Shown here piece by piece: positions 9,401-17,721 of a DNA stretch of 59,908 bases. The position numbers were made by a program, and so were the translations under genes. The notes beneath the pieces were generated by a model. It saw only the letters and a list, made by a program, of their open reading frames with translations, ran no database searches and had not been told where the DNA came from. The stretch lies in assembly GCA_044222065.1 (NCBI GenBank), contig JBGAOA010000020.1:1-59908 (forward strand), read 5' to 3'. The number at the start of each line of letters is the position of its first letter. The first letter of the stretch is position 1. This DNA comes from Candidatus Eiseniibacteriota bacterium (GTDB lineage Bacteria; Eisenbacteria; RBG-16-71-46).

Positions 9401-12400
9401 CGGCGATGCCGTCCGGCAGCAGCGACGGGGTGATCACGAACGCCGAGCACGCGACGGCGAGCGTGTAGGCCCGCGTGCCGCGGCAGCCGCCGGTGTCCGT
9501 CGCGCTCACCGTGAAGGCGTAGTTCCCGGAATGGAGCGGCGTGCCCGAGAGCAGCCCCGCGGAAGTGAGCGCGAGCCCGGGGGGCAGCGCGCCCGAGGCG
9601 ACGGCGAAGCCGAGTGGCGGAGTGCCGGCCGTGGCCGTGAACGTGTCGGCGAACGCGACGCCCGCGACGGCGCCGGGCAGCGACACCGGGAGCACCGTGA
9701 TCGCGGTGCCGAGCAGGTTCACGGATCCCGCGGTTCCCGCCGCGACCGCGACCGGCGCATTCGAGCAATCGCGCGCTTCGACCGACGTGACGGTGATCGC
9801 TCCCGCGCCCTCGGGGCCCACGGCCTTCAGGTCGAGCACGAACAGCGTGCCGCCGCCCGTGATTCCGCAAGGTGCTCCGAGCAGCGCCTGGTCGATCGTG
9901 TAGGAACCGCCGCCGTTGTCGGTGACTTCGAGCAGTCCGTTCGTGTGACCGGCGAGCCACGAACCCGCGTGCACGCTCAGCGCCGGCGCGCCCGGAGTGC
10001 AGAGCGACAGCTTCGACGCCTCGAGCTGGATCGTCACGCTGATCGAGCGCACGGCCGCGGTGTCGGCGCGCGTGTAGACGACCGGGACGCCGATGCACGG
10101 CTGGCCCGGATTGATGCACAGGCCGCGGCCGTCGGCGGCGACGCTCGATACGGGCGGCGTCGCGAGCACCGTGAAGGTGTAGCTCTGCTCGCCGCGGCAG
10201 CCGCGCGCGTCGGTCGCGACGATCGTGAACACCGAGACTCCGGCCGCGAGCGGCGTGCCGCTCACGAGGCCGGTCGTGGACGAGAGCGCGAGCCCGGCGG
10301 GCAGTGCGCCGGACGCGAGCGCGTAGCAGTACGGCGCGCTCCCGCCGCTCGCCGCGAACGAGCGCGACGTCGCGGCCGAGAGCAGCGCGGGCGCGAGCGG
10401 CGGTGCGGGCAGCGCGATGACGGGGCACGGATTCGAAGCGTCGGACTCGATCGAGGCGACGTTGCCCGAAGCCGTCGTGCCGATCGTCGTGAAGGAACCG
10501 CCCGCGAACACCCATCCGGGATTCGCGGCGAGCGCGCGCACCGTGCCGTCCGAGTTCGGATTCCACGTCGTCGCGAGCCCGGTCTGCGGATCGATCGCGG
10601 CGAGCCGGTTGCGCGATTGTCCGCCGATCGCGCTCAGCACGCCGCCCACGTAGACGACGCCCGACGCGGGCAGCACCGTGAACACGGGGCCGTTCGCGTT
10701 CGGATTCCAGGCCGTGGCGAGCCCGGTCGCGGGGTCGAGCTCGGCGATGCGGTTGCGCGACTGCCCGCCGATCGTCGAGAAGAAGCCGCCCACGTAGATG
10801 CGGTCGCACGTGGCGGCGATCGAACGCACCGTCCCGTTCGCGTCCGGGTTCCACGGCAGCGCGAGGCCGCTCTCGCGATCGAGACGCGCGATGAAGTCGC
10901 GCGCCGCGCCGCCGACGTTCGAGAAGTTGCCGCCGACGTAGACGCCGCTCGCGTCCGGCACGATCGCGAACACCTGATCGTCCGCGGCCGGATCCCACGG
11001 CGTCGCGAGCGCCGTCCCGGCGTGCACTTCGGCGAGGTTCGCGCGCGAGGCGCCCGCCACGGTCGCGAACATGCCGCCGACGTACACCGACGTATCGGTC
11101 ACGGCGAGCGCGGTGACCTGGCCGTCGCATCCGGGATTCCACCCGCTCGGCGCTCCGGACGCGGTGTCCACCGCGGCGAGGTTCGCCCGTCCGAGCCCGC
11201 CGATCTGCGTGAACTGGCCGCCGACGTAGACGAGTCCGCCGCGCGTCGCGAGCGCGAGCACCTGGCTGTTCGCGTTCGGGTCCCACGCCGTGAGCTGTCC
11301 GCTCTGCACGTCGAGCGCGGCGAGGTTGTTGCGCCGCCACCCACCGACCGCCGTGAACAGTCCGCCGACGAACACCTCGGCGCCGTCCACGCCGATCGCC
11401 GAGACGCTGCCGAAGGCGGTCGGGTCCCAGTTCGTCGCGAGCCCGCTCGCGAGCGACAGCGCGGCGACGCGGCTGCGCGGCTGCCCGCCGATCGTGAGGA
11501 AGTCCCCGCCCACGTAGAGCCGGCCGTCCGAGATCCCGAGCGACTGGACCTGGTTGTTCGCGTTCGGATTCCAGCTCGTCGCGAGGCCGGTCGCGGCGTC
11601 GAGCGCGACGACTCGATTGCGCGTCTGTCCGCCGGCCGCGGTGAACTGCCCGCCCGCGTACACGACTCCCGCCGCGTACGCGAGCGCGAGCACCTGGTTG
11701 TTCGCGTTCGGGTTCCAGCTCGTCGCGAGCGCGGTCGTCGCGTGGAGCGCCGCGAGGCGGTTGCGCGCCTGGCCGCCGATCGACGTGAACTGGCCGCCGG
11801 CGTACACGGTGTCCCCCGCGACTTCGAGCGCGAACACGTTGCTGTTCGCGTTCGGATTCCAACCGGTCGCGAGTCCGGTCGTGCGGCTGATCGCGGCGAT
11901 GCGGTTGCGCAGCTGGCCGCCGATCGACGTGAACTGTCCGGCCACGAGCAGGTCGGAGCCGTGCCACGCGAGCGCGCGCACGATGTTGTTCGAGTTCGGA
12001 TTCCACGACGTCGCGACGCCGAGCGCCGTGTCCACCTCGGCGATCCGGTTGCGGGACTGGCCGCCGGCCGACGAGAACTGCCCCCCGAGGTAGACGCTGC
12101 CGTCGCGGAGCGCGATCGCTCGCACCGTCGAGTTCGGCGCGGGATTCCACGGCGCGACCGAGTTGTCGGCGCGCACGTACGCGGCGTTCGATCGGGCGAC
12201 GCCGTCCACGGCCGTGAACGTGCCGCCGAGGTACCAGCCGCCGCCGCCGTCCGACACGGCCACGAACACCTGGCCGTTGACGCGCGGGAAGCCCGGACGC
12301 GCGAGGCCGGTCGAGCTGTCCACCGGAACGCCCGAACCGGTCACGGGACCGACGGACGTGAAGCTGCCGCCGACGTACAGCTTTCCGTCCACGAGCAGCT

Positions 12401-12557
12401 CCGCGTTCACGGTGCCGTTCGTGACGAAGAAGTCCTCGCGCGCGCTCTGCGCCCGAGCCGGGGCGCCGCGCAGGAGCGCGAGCAGCGCAACGCCGGCCGC
12501 CGTCGCCCGGGCGATGCGGGCGAGTTCCAGGCGGGGGCGGCGGCGTCCGTGCGTCAC
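6432..12557 (-). CDS. giant secreted modular protein: ~14 x 48-aa beta-propeller repeats, 5 He_PIG-type Ig domains, 3 cohesin-like repeats, dockerin-like, cohesin-like and FlgD-Ig tail
   Basis: Signal peptide ending ARA. Repeats WNPNAN..V.AL...YxGG.FT.IGGQ.RNR.AALD. Ig motifs SG.LP.GL.L...G..SGTP. C-terminal DGRRVRTL..WDG.D..G....GVYY. Confidence 0.85.
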   Translation of the reverse strand: MTHGRRRPRLELARIARATAAGVALLALLRGAPARAQSAREDFFVTNGTVNAELLVDGKLYVGGSFTSVGPVTGSGVPVDSSTGLARPGFPRVNGQVFVAVSDGGGGWYLGGTFTAVDGVARSNAAYVRADNSVAPWNPAPNSTVRAIALRDGSVYLGGQFSSAGGQSRNRIAEVDTALGVATSWNPNSNNIVRALAWHGSDLLVAGQFTSIGGQLRNRIAAISRTTGLATGWNPNANSNVFALEVAGDTVYAGGQFTSIGGQARNRLAALHATTALATSWNPNANNQVLALAYAAGVVYAGGQFTAAGGQTRNRVVALDAATGLATSWNPNANNQVQSLGISDGRLYVGGDFLTIGGQPRSRVAALSLASGLATNWDPTAFGSVSAIGVDGAEVFVGGLFTAVGGWRRNNLAALDVQSGQLTAWDPNANSQVLALATRGGLVYVGGQFTQIGGLGRANLAAVDTASGAPSGWNPGCDGQVTALAVTDTSVYVGGMFATVAGASRANLAEVHAGTALATPWDPAADDQVFAIVPDASGVYVGGNFSNVGGAARDFIARLDRESGLALPWNPDANGTVRSIAATCDRIYVGGFFSTIGGQSRNRIAELDPATGLATAWNPNANGPVFTVLPASGVVYVGGVLSAIGGQSRNRLAAIDPQTGLATTWNPNSDGTVRALAANPGWVFAGGSFTTIGTTASGNVASIESDASNPCPVIALPAPPLAPALLSAATSRSFAASGGSAPYCYALASGALPAGLALSSTTGLVSGTPLAAGVSVFTIVATDARGCRGEQSYTFTVLATPPVSSVAADGRGLCINPGQPCIGVPVVYTRADTAAVRSISVTIQLEASKLSLCTPGAPALSVHAGSWLAGHTNGLLEVTDNGGGSYTIDQALLGAPCGITGGGTLFVLDLKAVGPEGAGAITVTSVEARDCSNAPVAVAAGTAGSVNLLGTAITVLPVSLPGAVAGVAFADTFTATAGTPPLGFAVASGALPPGLALTSAGLLSGTPLHSGNYAFTVSATDTGGCRGTRAYTLAVACSAFVITPSLLPDGIAGVAYAETLAAPGSLAPAPFAVTAGSLPSGLSLTSAGVLSGTPLSTGTFAFTIGVTDTAGCSASESYVVDVFASAPVSSIAANTTGLAVSSAHPYPAVPFVFTRGEATPARGVTVRFRIDPAWLALRTPSNPAASVQPGPWVAGYPNAQLLVTDVGGGEYAVDLVLLGSPCGITAGGTLFTVELGAVAGDGSSPIEVTWAKARDCDNVAIPVAAGPPASLRIQNAPVVITPASLPGATTATPYSQALAAAPGEAPFAYSIGAGALPPGFTLSSGGVISGFCYAAGNYAFTVNVADAGGVPGARAYTLAVACPAMAVTPDALPLGVVGVAYAETLVSSAGAAPFAWSVTAGSLPTGLTLGAANGVLSGTPPATSVGVFTVTVTDTAGCTASESFTLPVFATPPVSMVAANTTGLCLSNAQPCASVPVVFTRGESDPARGVSVTIALDTTRLALCAPATPESNFHAGNWLAGFPNSQLHVTPRGGGRYTVDAAIVGVPCGVTTGGTLFTMDLATTGVDGAAAIAVTAVGLRDCGGAPLPAIPGPAAAITVNNAPPAAIHDLVATAIANGNGAGPTRGISLTWSSGDPGTVRLYRAPFGSYPLYDALGPVTPPDSAAAPGAPWSLIATGAAPGYVDATAPRGFWHYVAIVTNACGIASAPSNRTPGTLNYLLGDVSNGLVRGTGNNADFTEDLSLLGENYGIGASDITTRGVAYLDVGPTAGGALDGRPLPDRLIDFEDLFVFAGNFGAVVQAPQFAAREAAAAGASAAPEAFSLSAPALVEAGETVTATLALEAHGRVQAFSARLGWNPAVVEPVETRSSGRIEAQGGVTLSPARGALDAALLGLRARGIEGTGPVATFTFRARRTGDPGFRIERLVARDASNRPVALDDLRGDAVLTRPVRTLLLAPSSNPLRGGGELSFALASDADVELALFGVDGRRVRTLVHERRIAGVHHERWDGKDDSGRAAPSGVYYLRFAAAHVVETRTLVVLR
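10450..12430 (-). repeat. intragenic tandem repeats, 144-nt (48-aa) period, beta-propeller blades
   Basis: 12 clear W(N/D)P units plus two degenerate N-terminal units in the translation. Confidence 0.85.
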
Positions 12558-12567
12558 GAGCGCCTCC

Positions 12568-13395
12568 TCACCTCAGGAGCAGGATGCGCGCGAAGCGCAC
12601 GCGGCCCGCGGCGTCGAGCCGTGCGAGATACACCCCGGCCGGCGCCGGCGCGCCCGACGCGTCGCGGCCGTCCCACTCGAGCACGCGCTCGCCCGGGGAC
12701 GCGAACGACGCGTCGAAGCGCCGCACCGTGCGGCCGGCGACGTCCATCAGCTCGAGCGACTGGCGGCCCGCGAACTCCGACCGGATTCTCAGCGAGATGG
12801 GTCCGCGGCCCGGATTCGGCGCCGCCGTGATCGAGGTCGCCGCGCCGCGCGCGGACTCCGGCGCGTCGAGCGAGATGCCGATGCCGATCGTCGCGCCGCT
12901 GCGCGTCACGGGCAGCACGAACAACCCGGCGTTGTAGAACGACGCACGGCGGATCGAGAGCGTCGTGACCTGCGGCGAGTTCGACGCGAGGAAGCGCAGC
13001 CGGTAGATCGTCCCGGGTCCCGTGAGCGAGATCTGGTTGCAGAGCAGCACGTCGTTCACGGCCACGCTGTCGCCCGCCGCGGAGAAGCGGTGGAACGTGT
13101 TCCCGCACGCGGCGCTGCACGCGCCGGTCATGAGGCAGCCCTGCTGCAGCGTGGTCGGCGACTCGGGCAGGAACGTGAGCGCGGCCGGGTCGTAAGCGAT
13201 GACGGCGTCGAAGCCGTTGAACGCCGAGCCCGCGGCCGGCACGACGACCTCGATCGTGAACTCGCTGCCGGGCGCGACCGTCGCGCTCGCGGGCGACAGC
13301 GCGACGCCCACCCCCGCGCGCGCGGCGGGCGGAACGAGCGAGACCGCGGCGAGCACGGCGACCGCGAGGCGGATTCGGTCGAGGGGCGTGGTCAC
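12568..13395 (-). CDS. secreted cohesin-like domain protein with FlgD-Ig tail
   Basis: GTG start and signal peptide ending ARA. Cohesin-like ATVAPGSEFTIEVVV..FNGFDAVIAYDPAALTF...GPGTIYRLRF. Tail PNP...DVAGRTVR...WDGRD..G..GVY. Confidence 0.78.
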   Translation of the reverse strand: MTTPLDRIRLAVAVLAAVSLVPPAARAGVGVALSPASATVAPGSEFTIEVVVPAAGSAFNGFDAVIAYDPAALTFLPESPTTLQQGCLMTGACSAACGNTFHRFSAAGDSVAVNDVLLCNQISLTGPGTIYRLRFLASNSPQVTTLSIRRASFYNAGLFVLPVTRSGATIGIGISLDAPESARGAATSITAAPNPGRGPISLRIRSEFAGRQSLELMDVAGRTVRRFDASFASPGERVLEWDGRDASGAPAPAGVYLARLDAAGRVRFARILLLR

Positions 13396-13408
13396 GTGAG
13401 GCTCCGGA

Positions 13409-16210
13409 TCAGCGCAGGCGCACGAGCGTGCGAGTGAAGCGCTCGCCGTCCGCGACGAAGCGCGCGAAGTAGACGCCGGGCGCGACGGCGCGGTGCGCGT
13501 CGTCGTCGCCGTTCCATTCGAGACGGTGAACCCCGGACTCGAAGCGCCCGCGGGCGAGCGTGCGCACGCGGCGCCCGTCCACCGAGTAGATCGCGAGGTC
13601 GACTTCGCCGGCGTGCGCGAGCGCGAAGGCGAGCGCGGAGCGGCCCTGCATCGGGTTCGGCGCGGGAGCGAGCAGCAGCGTGCGCGCCGGCGCCTCGCTG
13701 CGGACGCCGATCGCGACGGCCTCGGCGGCGAGCGCACGATTCGCCGCATCGCGCGCCGTGACGGAGCGCACGCGAATGCCGGGATCGCCGGCGCGCAGCA
13801 CGCGGAAGCGCACGCGCGCGACTTCGCCCTCGGCCGTGATCCCGCGATCGCGCACTCCGAGCAGCGCGGCATCCACGGTGCCGGGCGCGGGCACGAGCAG
13901 CACGCCGCCCTCGGCCTCGATCAGCCCGCCCGAGACGGTTTCGAGCGGCTCGACGACGGCGGCGTTCCAGGCCAGTTCGACCGAGAAGCCCTGCAGGCGT
14001 CCCGCGCCCGCGAGCGCGATCCGGGCCTCGGCCTCCGCCCCCGGCGTCACGTCGGACGGCGCGTCGAGCGTGAAGCGCTCGGGCGCGGCCGCGGCGCGCG
14101 CCGCCGATTCGGCGCGCTGCGCGATCAGCGCCGGCGCCGAGACGAGCCCGTAGTTCGTCGCGAACACGATCAGGTCCTCGAAGTTGATGCGCGCGTCCGT
14201 GAAGGGCCGCGACGTCGGCAGGAGGTCGGTCGTCGGTCCGACATCGAGGTACTGCACCCCGCGCGAGGTGATCAGCGCCGCGCCGATGCCGTAGTTCGCG
14301 CCGAGCAGCGACACATCGAGGTTGTCGACGCGGTTGTCGCCCGCGCCGGCGAGAACGCCGTCCGAGACGTCACCGAGCGCGTAGTTGCACGTCCCGGCCG
14401 TCGTGTTCGAGACGCCCGAGCGCCCGCCGCCCGCGTTCTCGACGAACGCGACGTAGTAGTAGAAGTCGCGCGTCGCGGGCTCGTCGGTCTGGCCGCTCGC
14501 GCTGACGGCCGTGAGCACCCACGGCGCGCTCGGCGGATAGCCCGGCGTCGGAGGCACGACGCCGCCCGCGTCGTCGTAGCGCGGATAGCCGCCGAAGGGC
14601 GCGCGATAGACCTCGACGCTCGTCCCCTCCGCGGGCATCGTGAACGTGAGCTGGATCTTCGCGGTGCCGTTCGCGTCGTTGCCGCTCGCCACTCGCGTCG
14701 CCGCGAGGTTCGCGATCGCCGCCGGAATGCCCGAGACGTGAAGCGCGTAGGGGCGCGCCCCCGCGCAACCGTTCGACGCCGTCGCCGTGACCGTGAACGA
14801 AAAGTCCCCGCCGCCTTCGGGCGTTCCCGAGAGCACGCCACCGCCCGACAGGGAGAGTCCGGCGGGCAGCGCGCCCGAGGTGACCGCGAAGGCGTGCGGC
14901 GCAATGCCGGCCGTCGCGGCGAGCGTGTCGGCGTAGGCGATCCCGACCGAGGCGGCCGCGAGCGCCGGCGGCGCGACGTCGATCACGGGGCACACCGTGA
15001 CGGCGTAGGCGCGCGCGCCCGAGCAGCTGTCCGCGTCCGTGGCCGTGATCGTGAACGAGAAGTCACCGCTGACCGATGGCGTGCCGCTCACCTCGCCCGT
15101 TCCCGAGTCGAGCGTCAGCCCGGTTGGAAGCGTACCGGCGCTGACCGCGAACGTGTAGGGACCGGCGCCGCCGTTCCCCGAGACGGTGTCCGCATAGCTC
15201 GCGCCGACCGTGCCTCCGAGGAGCGTCGAGGGCGAGAGCGCGATCGCCGGACACGTGATGGAGAACGCGTCGCTCGAGACCGGTCCGATCGAACCGCCGC
15301 TCGCCGCGAGCTGCTTGGAACCCTCGCGATTGATGCCCAGCGCCCCGAACGTCGCGAGGCCGTTCGCGTCGCTCGCCACCGCGCCACCGCCCGTGAGCGT
15401 GCCGCTCCCGATCAGCGTCAGCGTCACGTTCTCGCCCGCCACCGCGTTCCCGAACGAGTCGCGTACGCGCACCGTCACCGCCGGACTGATCGCGACACCC
15501 GCGACCGCCGCCGTCGGCTGCTGCTCGAACGCGAGCGTCGCCGCCGCGCCCGACGTGATCGCGAACGCATCGCTCGTCACCGGCGTCAGCGCGCCGCTCG
15601 ACGCCACGAGCTGCTTCGTCCCCGCCGTGTCCACGCTCAGCGCCCCGAACGTCGCGAGGCCGTTCGCGTCGCTCGCGATCGCGCCACCGCCCGTGAGCGT
15701 GCCGCTCCCGATCAGCGTCAGCGTCACGTTCTCGCCCGCCACCGCGTTCCCGAACGAGTCCCGCACGCGCACCGTCACCGCCGGGCTGATCGAGACACCC
15801 GCGACCGCCGCCGTCGGCTGCTGCTCGAAGGAAATGGTGTCGGGCGCACCGGCCACCACGTCGATCGAGAACGCGCGCGTCGCGGTGTCGGCGACCGCGT
15901 CCTCGACACGAACGATGAATGCGTACGTTCCCGCGACGGTACTCGTTCCCGCGATCTCACCCGTGCCGGAATCGATCGTGAGCCCGGGCGGCAGAGCGCC
16001 GCTCTCGAGCGACCAGGTGTACGGCGTCGTGCCGCTCGCCGCCTCGAGCGTGTCGACGTACGCGACTCCCGCGATGCCGCCCGGAAGCGAGGGCGTCAGG
16101 ATCTCGAGCGGGAGAGCGAACGCCTGAGCGTTCGTCGTGGCGAGCGCGAGTGCGGTGATCCAGCCGGCGAGTCCGGTGCGGCGCAAGGCGAACTTCGCGA
16201 ACGAGGGCAT
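13409..16210 (-). CDS. secreted modular protein: 3 He_PIG-type Ig, 2 tandem bacterial Ig-like repeats, dockerin-like, cohesin-like and FlgD-Ig tail
   Basis: Signal peptide, G.LP.GL.L/I..G..SGTP-type Ig motifs. C-terminal ~430 aa aligns by eye with the C-terminus of 6432..12557. Confidence 0.85.
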   Translation of the reverse strand: MPSFAKFALRRTGLAGWITALALATTNAQAFALPLEILTPSLPGGIAGVAYVDTLEAASGTTPYTWSLESGALPPGLTIDSGTGEIAGTSTVAGTYAFIVRVEDAVADTATRAFSIDVVAGAPDTISFEQQPTAAVAGVSISPAVTVRVRDSFGNAVAGENVTLTLIGSGTLTGGGAIASDANGLATFGALSVDTAGTKQLVASSGALTPVTSDAFAITSGAAATLAFEQQPTAAVAGVAISPAVTVRVRDSFGNAVAGENVTLTLIGSGTLTGGGAVASDANGLATFGALGINREGSKQLAASGGSIGPVSSDAFSITCPAIALSPSTLLGGTVGASYADTVSGNGGAGPYTFAVSAGTLPTGLTLDSGTGEVSGTPSVSGDFSFTITATDADSCSGARAYAVTVCPVIDVAPPALAAASVGIAYADTLAATAGIAPHAFAVTSGALPAGLSLSGGGVLSGTPEGGGDFSFTVTATASNGCAGARPYALHVSGIPAAIANLAATRVASGNDANGTAKIQLTFTMPAEGTSVEVYRAPFGGYPRYDDAGGVVPPTPGYPPSAPWVLTAVSASGQTDEPATRDFYYYVAFVENAGGGRSGVSNTTAGTCNYALGDVSDGVLAGAGDNRVDNLDVSLLGANYGIGAALITSRGVQYLDVGPTTDLLPTSRPFTDARINFEDLIVFATNYGLVSAPALIAQRAESAARAAAAPERFTLDAPSDVTPGAEAEARIALAGAGRLQGFSVELAWNAAVVEPLETVSGGLIEAEGGVLLVPAPGTVDAALLGVRDRGITAEGEVARVRFRVLRAGDPGIRVRSVTARDAANRALAAEAVAIGVRSEAPARTLLLAPAPNPMQGRSALAFALAHAGEVDLAIYSVDGRRVRTLARGRFESGVHRLEWNGDDDAHRAVAPGVYFARFVADGERFTRTLVRLR
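15338..15829. repeat. near-identical intragenic direct repeat, 300-nt period (15338-15529 and 15638-15829)
   Basis: Direct comparison: 192 nt with 6 mismatches by my count. Confidence 0.92.
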
Positions 16211-16641
16211 CGGCGACTCTCCGGGAGCGGACGTGCGGCGACCAGTGGCTCGATCCCTCCGGGCCGCCCGATCGTTTCAGCACGAATGACCGCGCAGCAG
16301 GCGTGCGGGTCACAGCGCACCGGTCTTCGGGGTCCGAGGAGAAGTCGAGCCTGAACAGCCGTTCGAGCCTCGGAAACACGCTTCCCGAGGACCTCCGCCG
16401 GCGGGTCACGTGGGGGACGCGGACCCGGCCGGCTCACCGACGATCACGATCGGCGGCGGAACGCGGAGTCGAGTCTAGCAAAAGGAACTCGGTTGCCGTC
16501 GGCAGAAGCACGCGAACCGGCGAGAAATCGCCTCGAAGCAGGCTGCTCCGTTCGGTCTTGCTTCGGGTGCTCCTGACGAGTCGTCCGGTCGACTGCCTGT
16601 TCGCGACCGATCTCGAGTGAAGGCCCGTCGGGCACACCCGC

Positions 16642-16653
16642 TGTTACGTAACA
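16642..16653. promoter_or_regulatory. perfect AT-rich palindrome TGTTACGTAACA, candidate operator
   Basis: 12-bp self-complementary site in the 680-nt divergent intergenic region. Confidence 0.45.
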
Positions 16654-16889
16654 TCGAACGATCCTGAGCGCGCGGCGGCTCGTGGGTAAATCGCCCCTTC
16701 CCGTTTGCCGGATCCCGCATTAAAGTAGCCGCCACTTGCAGTTCTTCTTTCCGGTCGAACACCTTGGGGACGTGACACGACTCGTCACGTCTGCGTTCGT
16801 GAGTGCCCCCCGCCTCGCGGCGTAATTGTCCTCAAGCCGTCCGCCGTCTTGTTTCCGCAAGGCGGCCTACCACAAGGAGGGGTACACCG

Positions 16890-17585
16890 ATGAAGCGATT
16901 CGCTACTTCTCTCCTCATTCTCGGTGCAGCCGCCACGCTGTCTGCCAGCATCGCCTCCGCGGCGCTTCGCGTGCCGCAGGTGCCGGTCCTCGGCGGCTCG
17001 CTGCAGGGTTACCTGAACAGCGTCGGCGAGTCGATCAACGTGGGCACCGATCAGAATGCGGTGCAGACCTGGTCGACGACCGTCTCCAACAACTCGACGT
17101 TCACGCTGCAGATCGAACTCGCGGGCAACGCCGCGTCGAACTCGGTCGGCATCTACAACGGTGGCGCGGCTGTTCCTGCGCTCTATCAGGTGTTCCCCGG
17201 CGCCGCGAGCGCCGGCTGGTTCGCGACCTGCTCGTTCCGTGCGGCGCCGACCCGCGTCGTCGTGAACCTGTTCGACGCGAACGCCGTGTTCCAGGGCTCG
17301 ACGACCTACCTCGGCGCCGACGCCACGAATTTCGGCTACTACCTCGCGGGCCCCGGCGGGACGTTCTACTCGCAGGACGCTCGCAACGCCGGCAGCGCGG
17401 CGCAGATGCTCGCGTATGCGGGCACCGGCGGCAACGTCGGTCAGTGGTGGCTCGCGATCGAAGACCTGTCGATCGGCGGCGGTTCGGATCAGGACTACGA
17501 CGACTGTGTGCTGTTCCTCGAGTCCATCACGCCGACGCCCACGCAGCGCATGAGCTGGGGCGCGCTGAAGGCCAGCTTCCGCTGA
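16890..17585 (+). CDS. secreted DUF4114-like protein with C-terminal SWGALKASFR motif
   Basis: AAGGAGG RBS, signal peptide MKRFATSLLILGAAATLSASIASA, LAIEDL..GGSDQDYDDCVL (DUF4114-type acidic motif), TPTPT linker, then terminal motif. Confidence 0.8.
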   Translation: MKRFATSLLILGAAATLSASIASAALRVPQVPVLGGSLQGYLNSVGESINVGTDQNAVQTWSTTVSNNSTFTLQIELAGNAASNSVGIYNGGAAVPALYQVFPGAASAGWFATCSFRAAPTRVVVNLFDANAVFQGSTTYLGADATNFGYYLAGPGGTFYSQDARNAGSAAQMLAYAGTGGNVGQWWLAIEDLSIGGGSDQDYDDCVLFLESITPTPTQRMSWGALKASFR

Positions 17586-17721
17586 TCGCATCCGTTTCCC
17601 GAACCGGCGTTGGCGACTCCGCCAGCGCCGGGTTGGTTTTGGGGGCTGTGCTCGCCCTCGGTCCCGCCGAGCCCGTATGCTCGGCGCGCTCGTTCGTCGC
17701 CCACTCGGAGGAACGTCCGTC

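Noticed and set aside
10450..12430. Regular repeats as a CRISPR array or DGR-type repeat
   Set aside because: In-frame 144-nt coding repeats with synonymous variation, no unique spacers, and no cas or reverse transcriptase gene in the window
6267..12830. 2187-aa plus-strand ORF and the many other long Arg/Ala-rich overlapping ORFs in the track
   Set aside because: Shadow frames of real genes caused by stop-codon scarcity at very high GC, with no recognisable motifs
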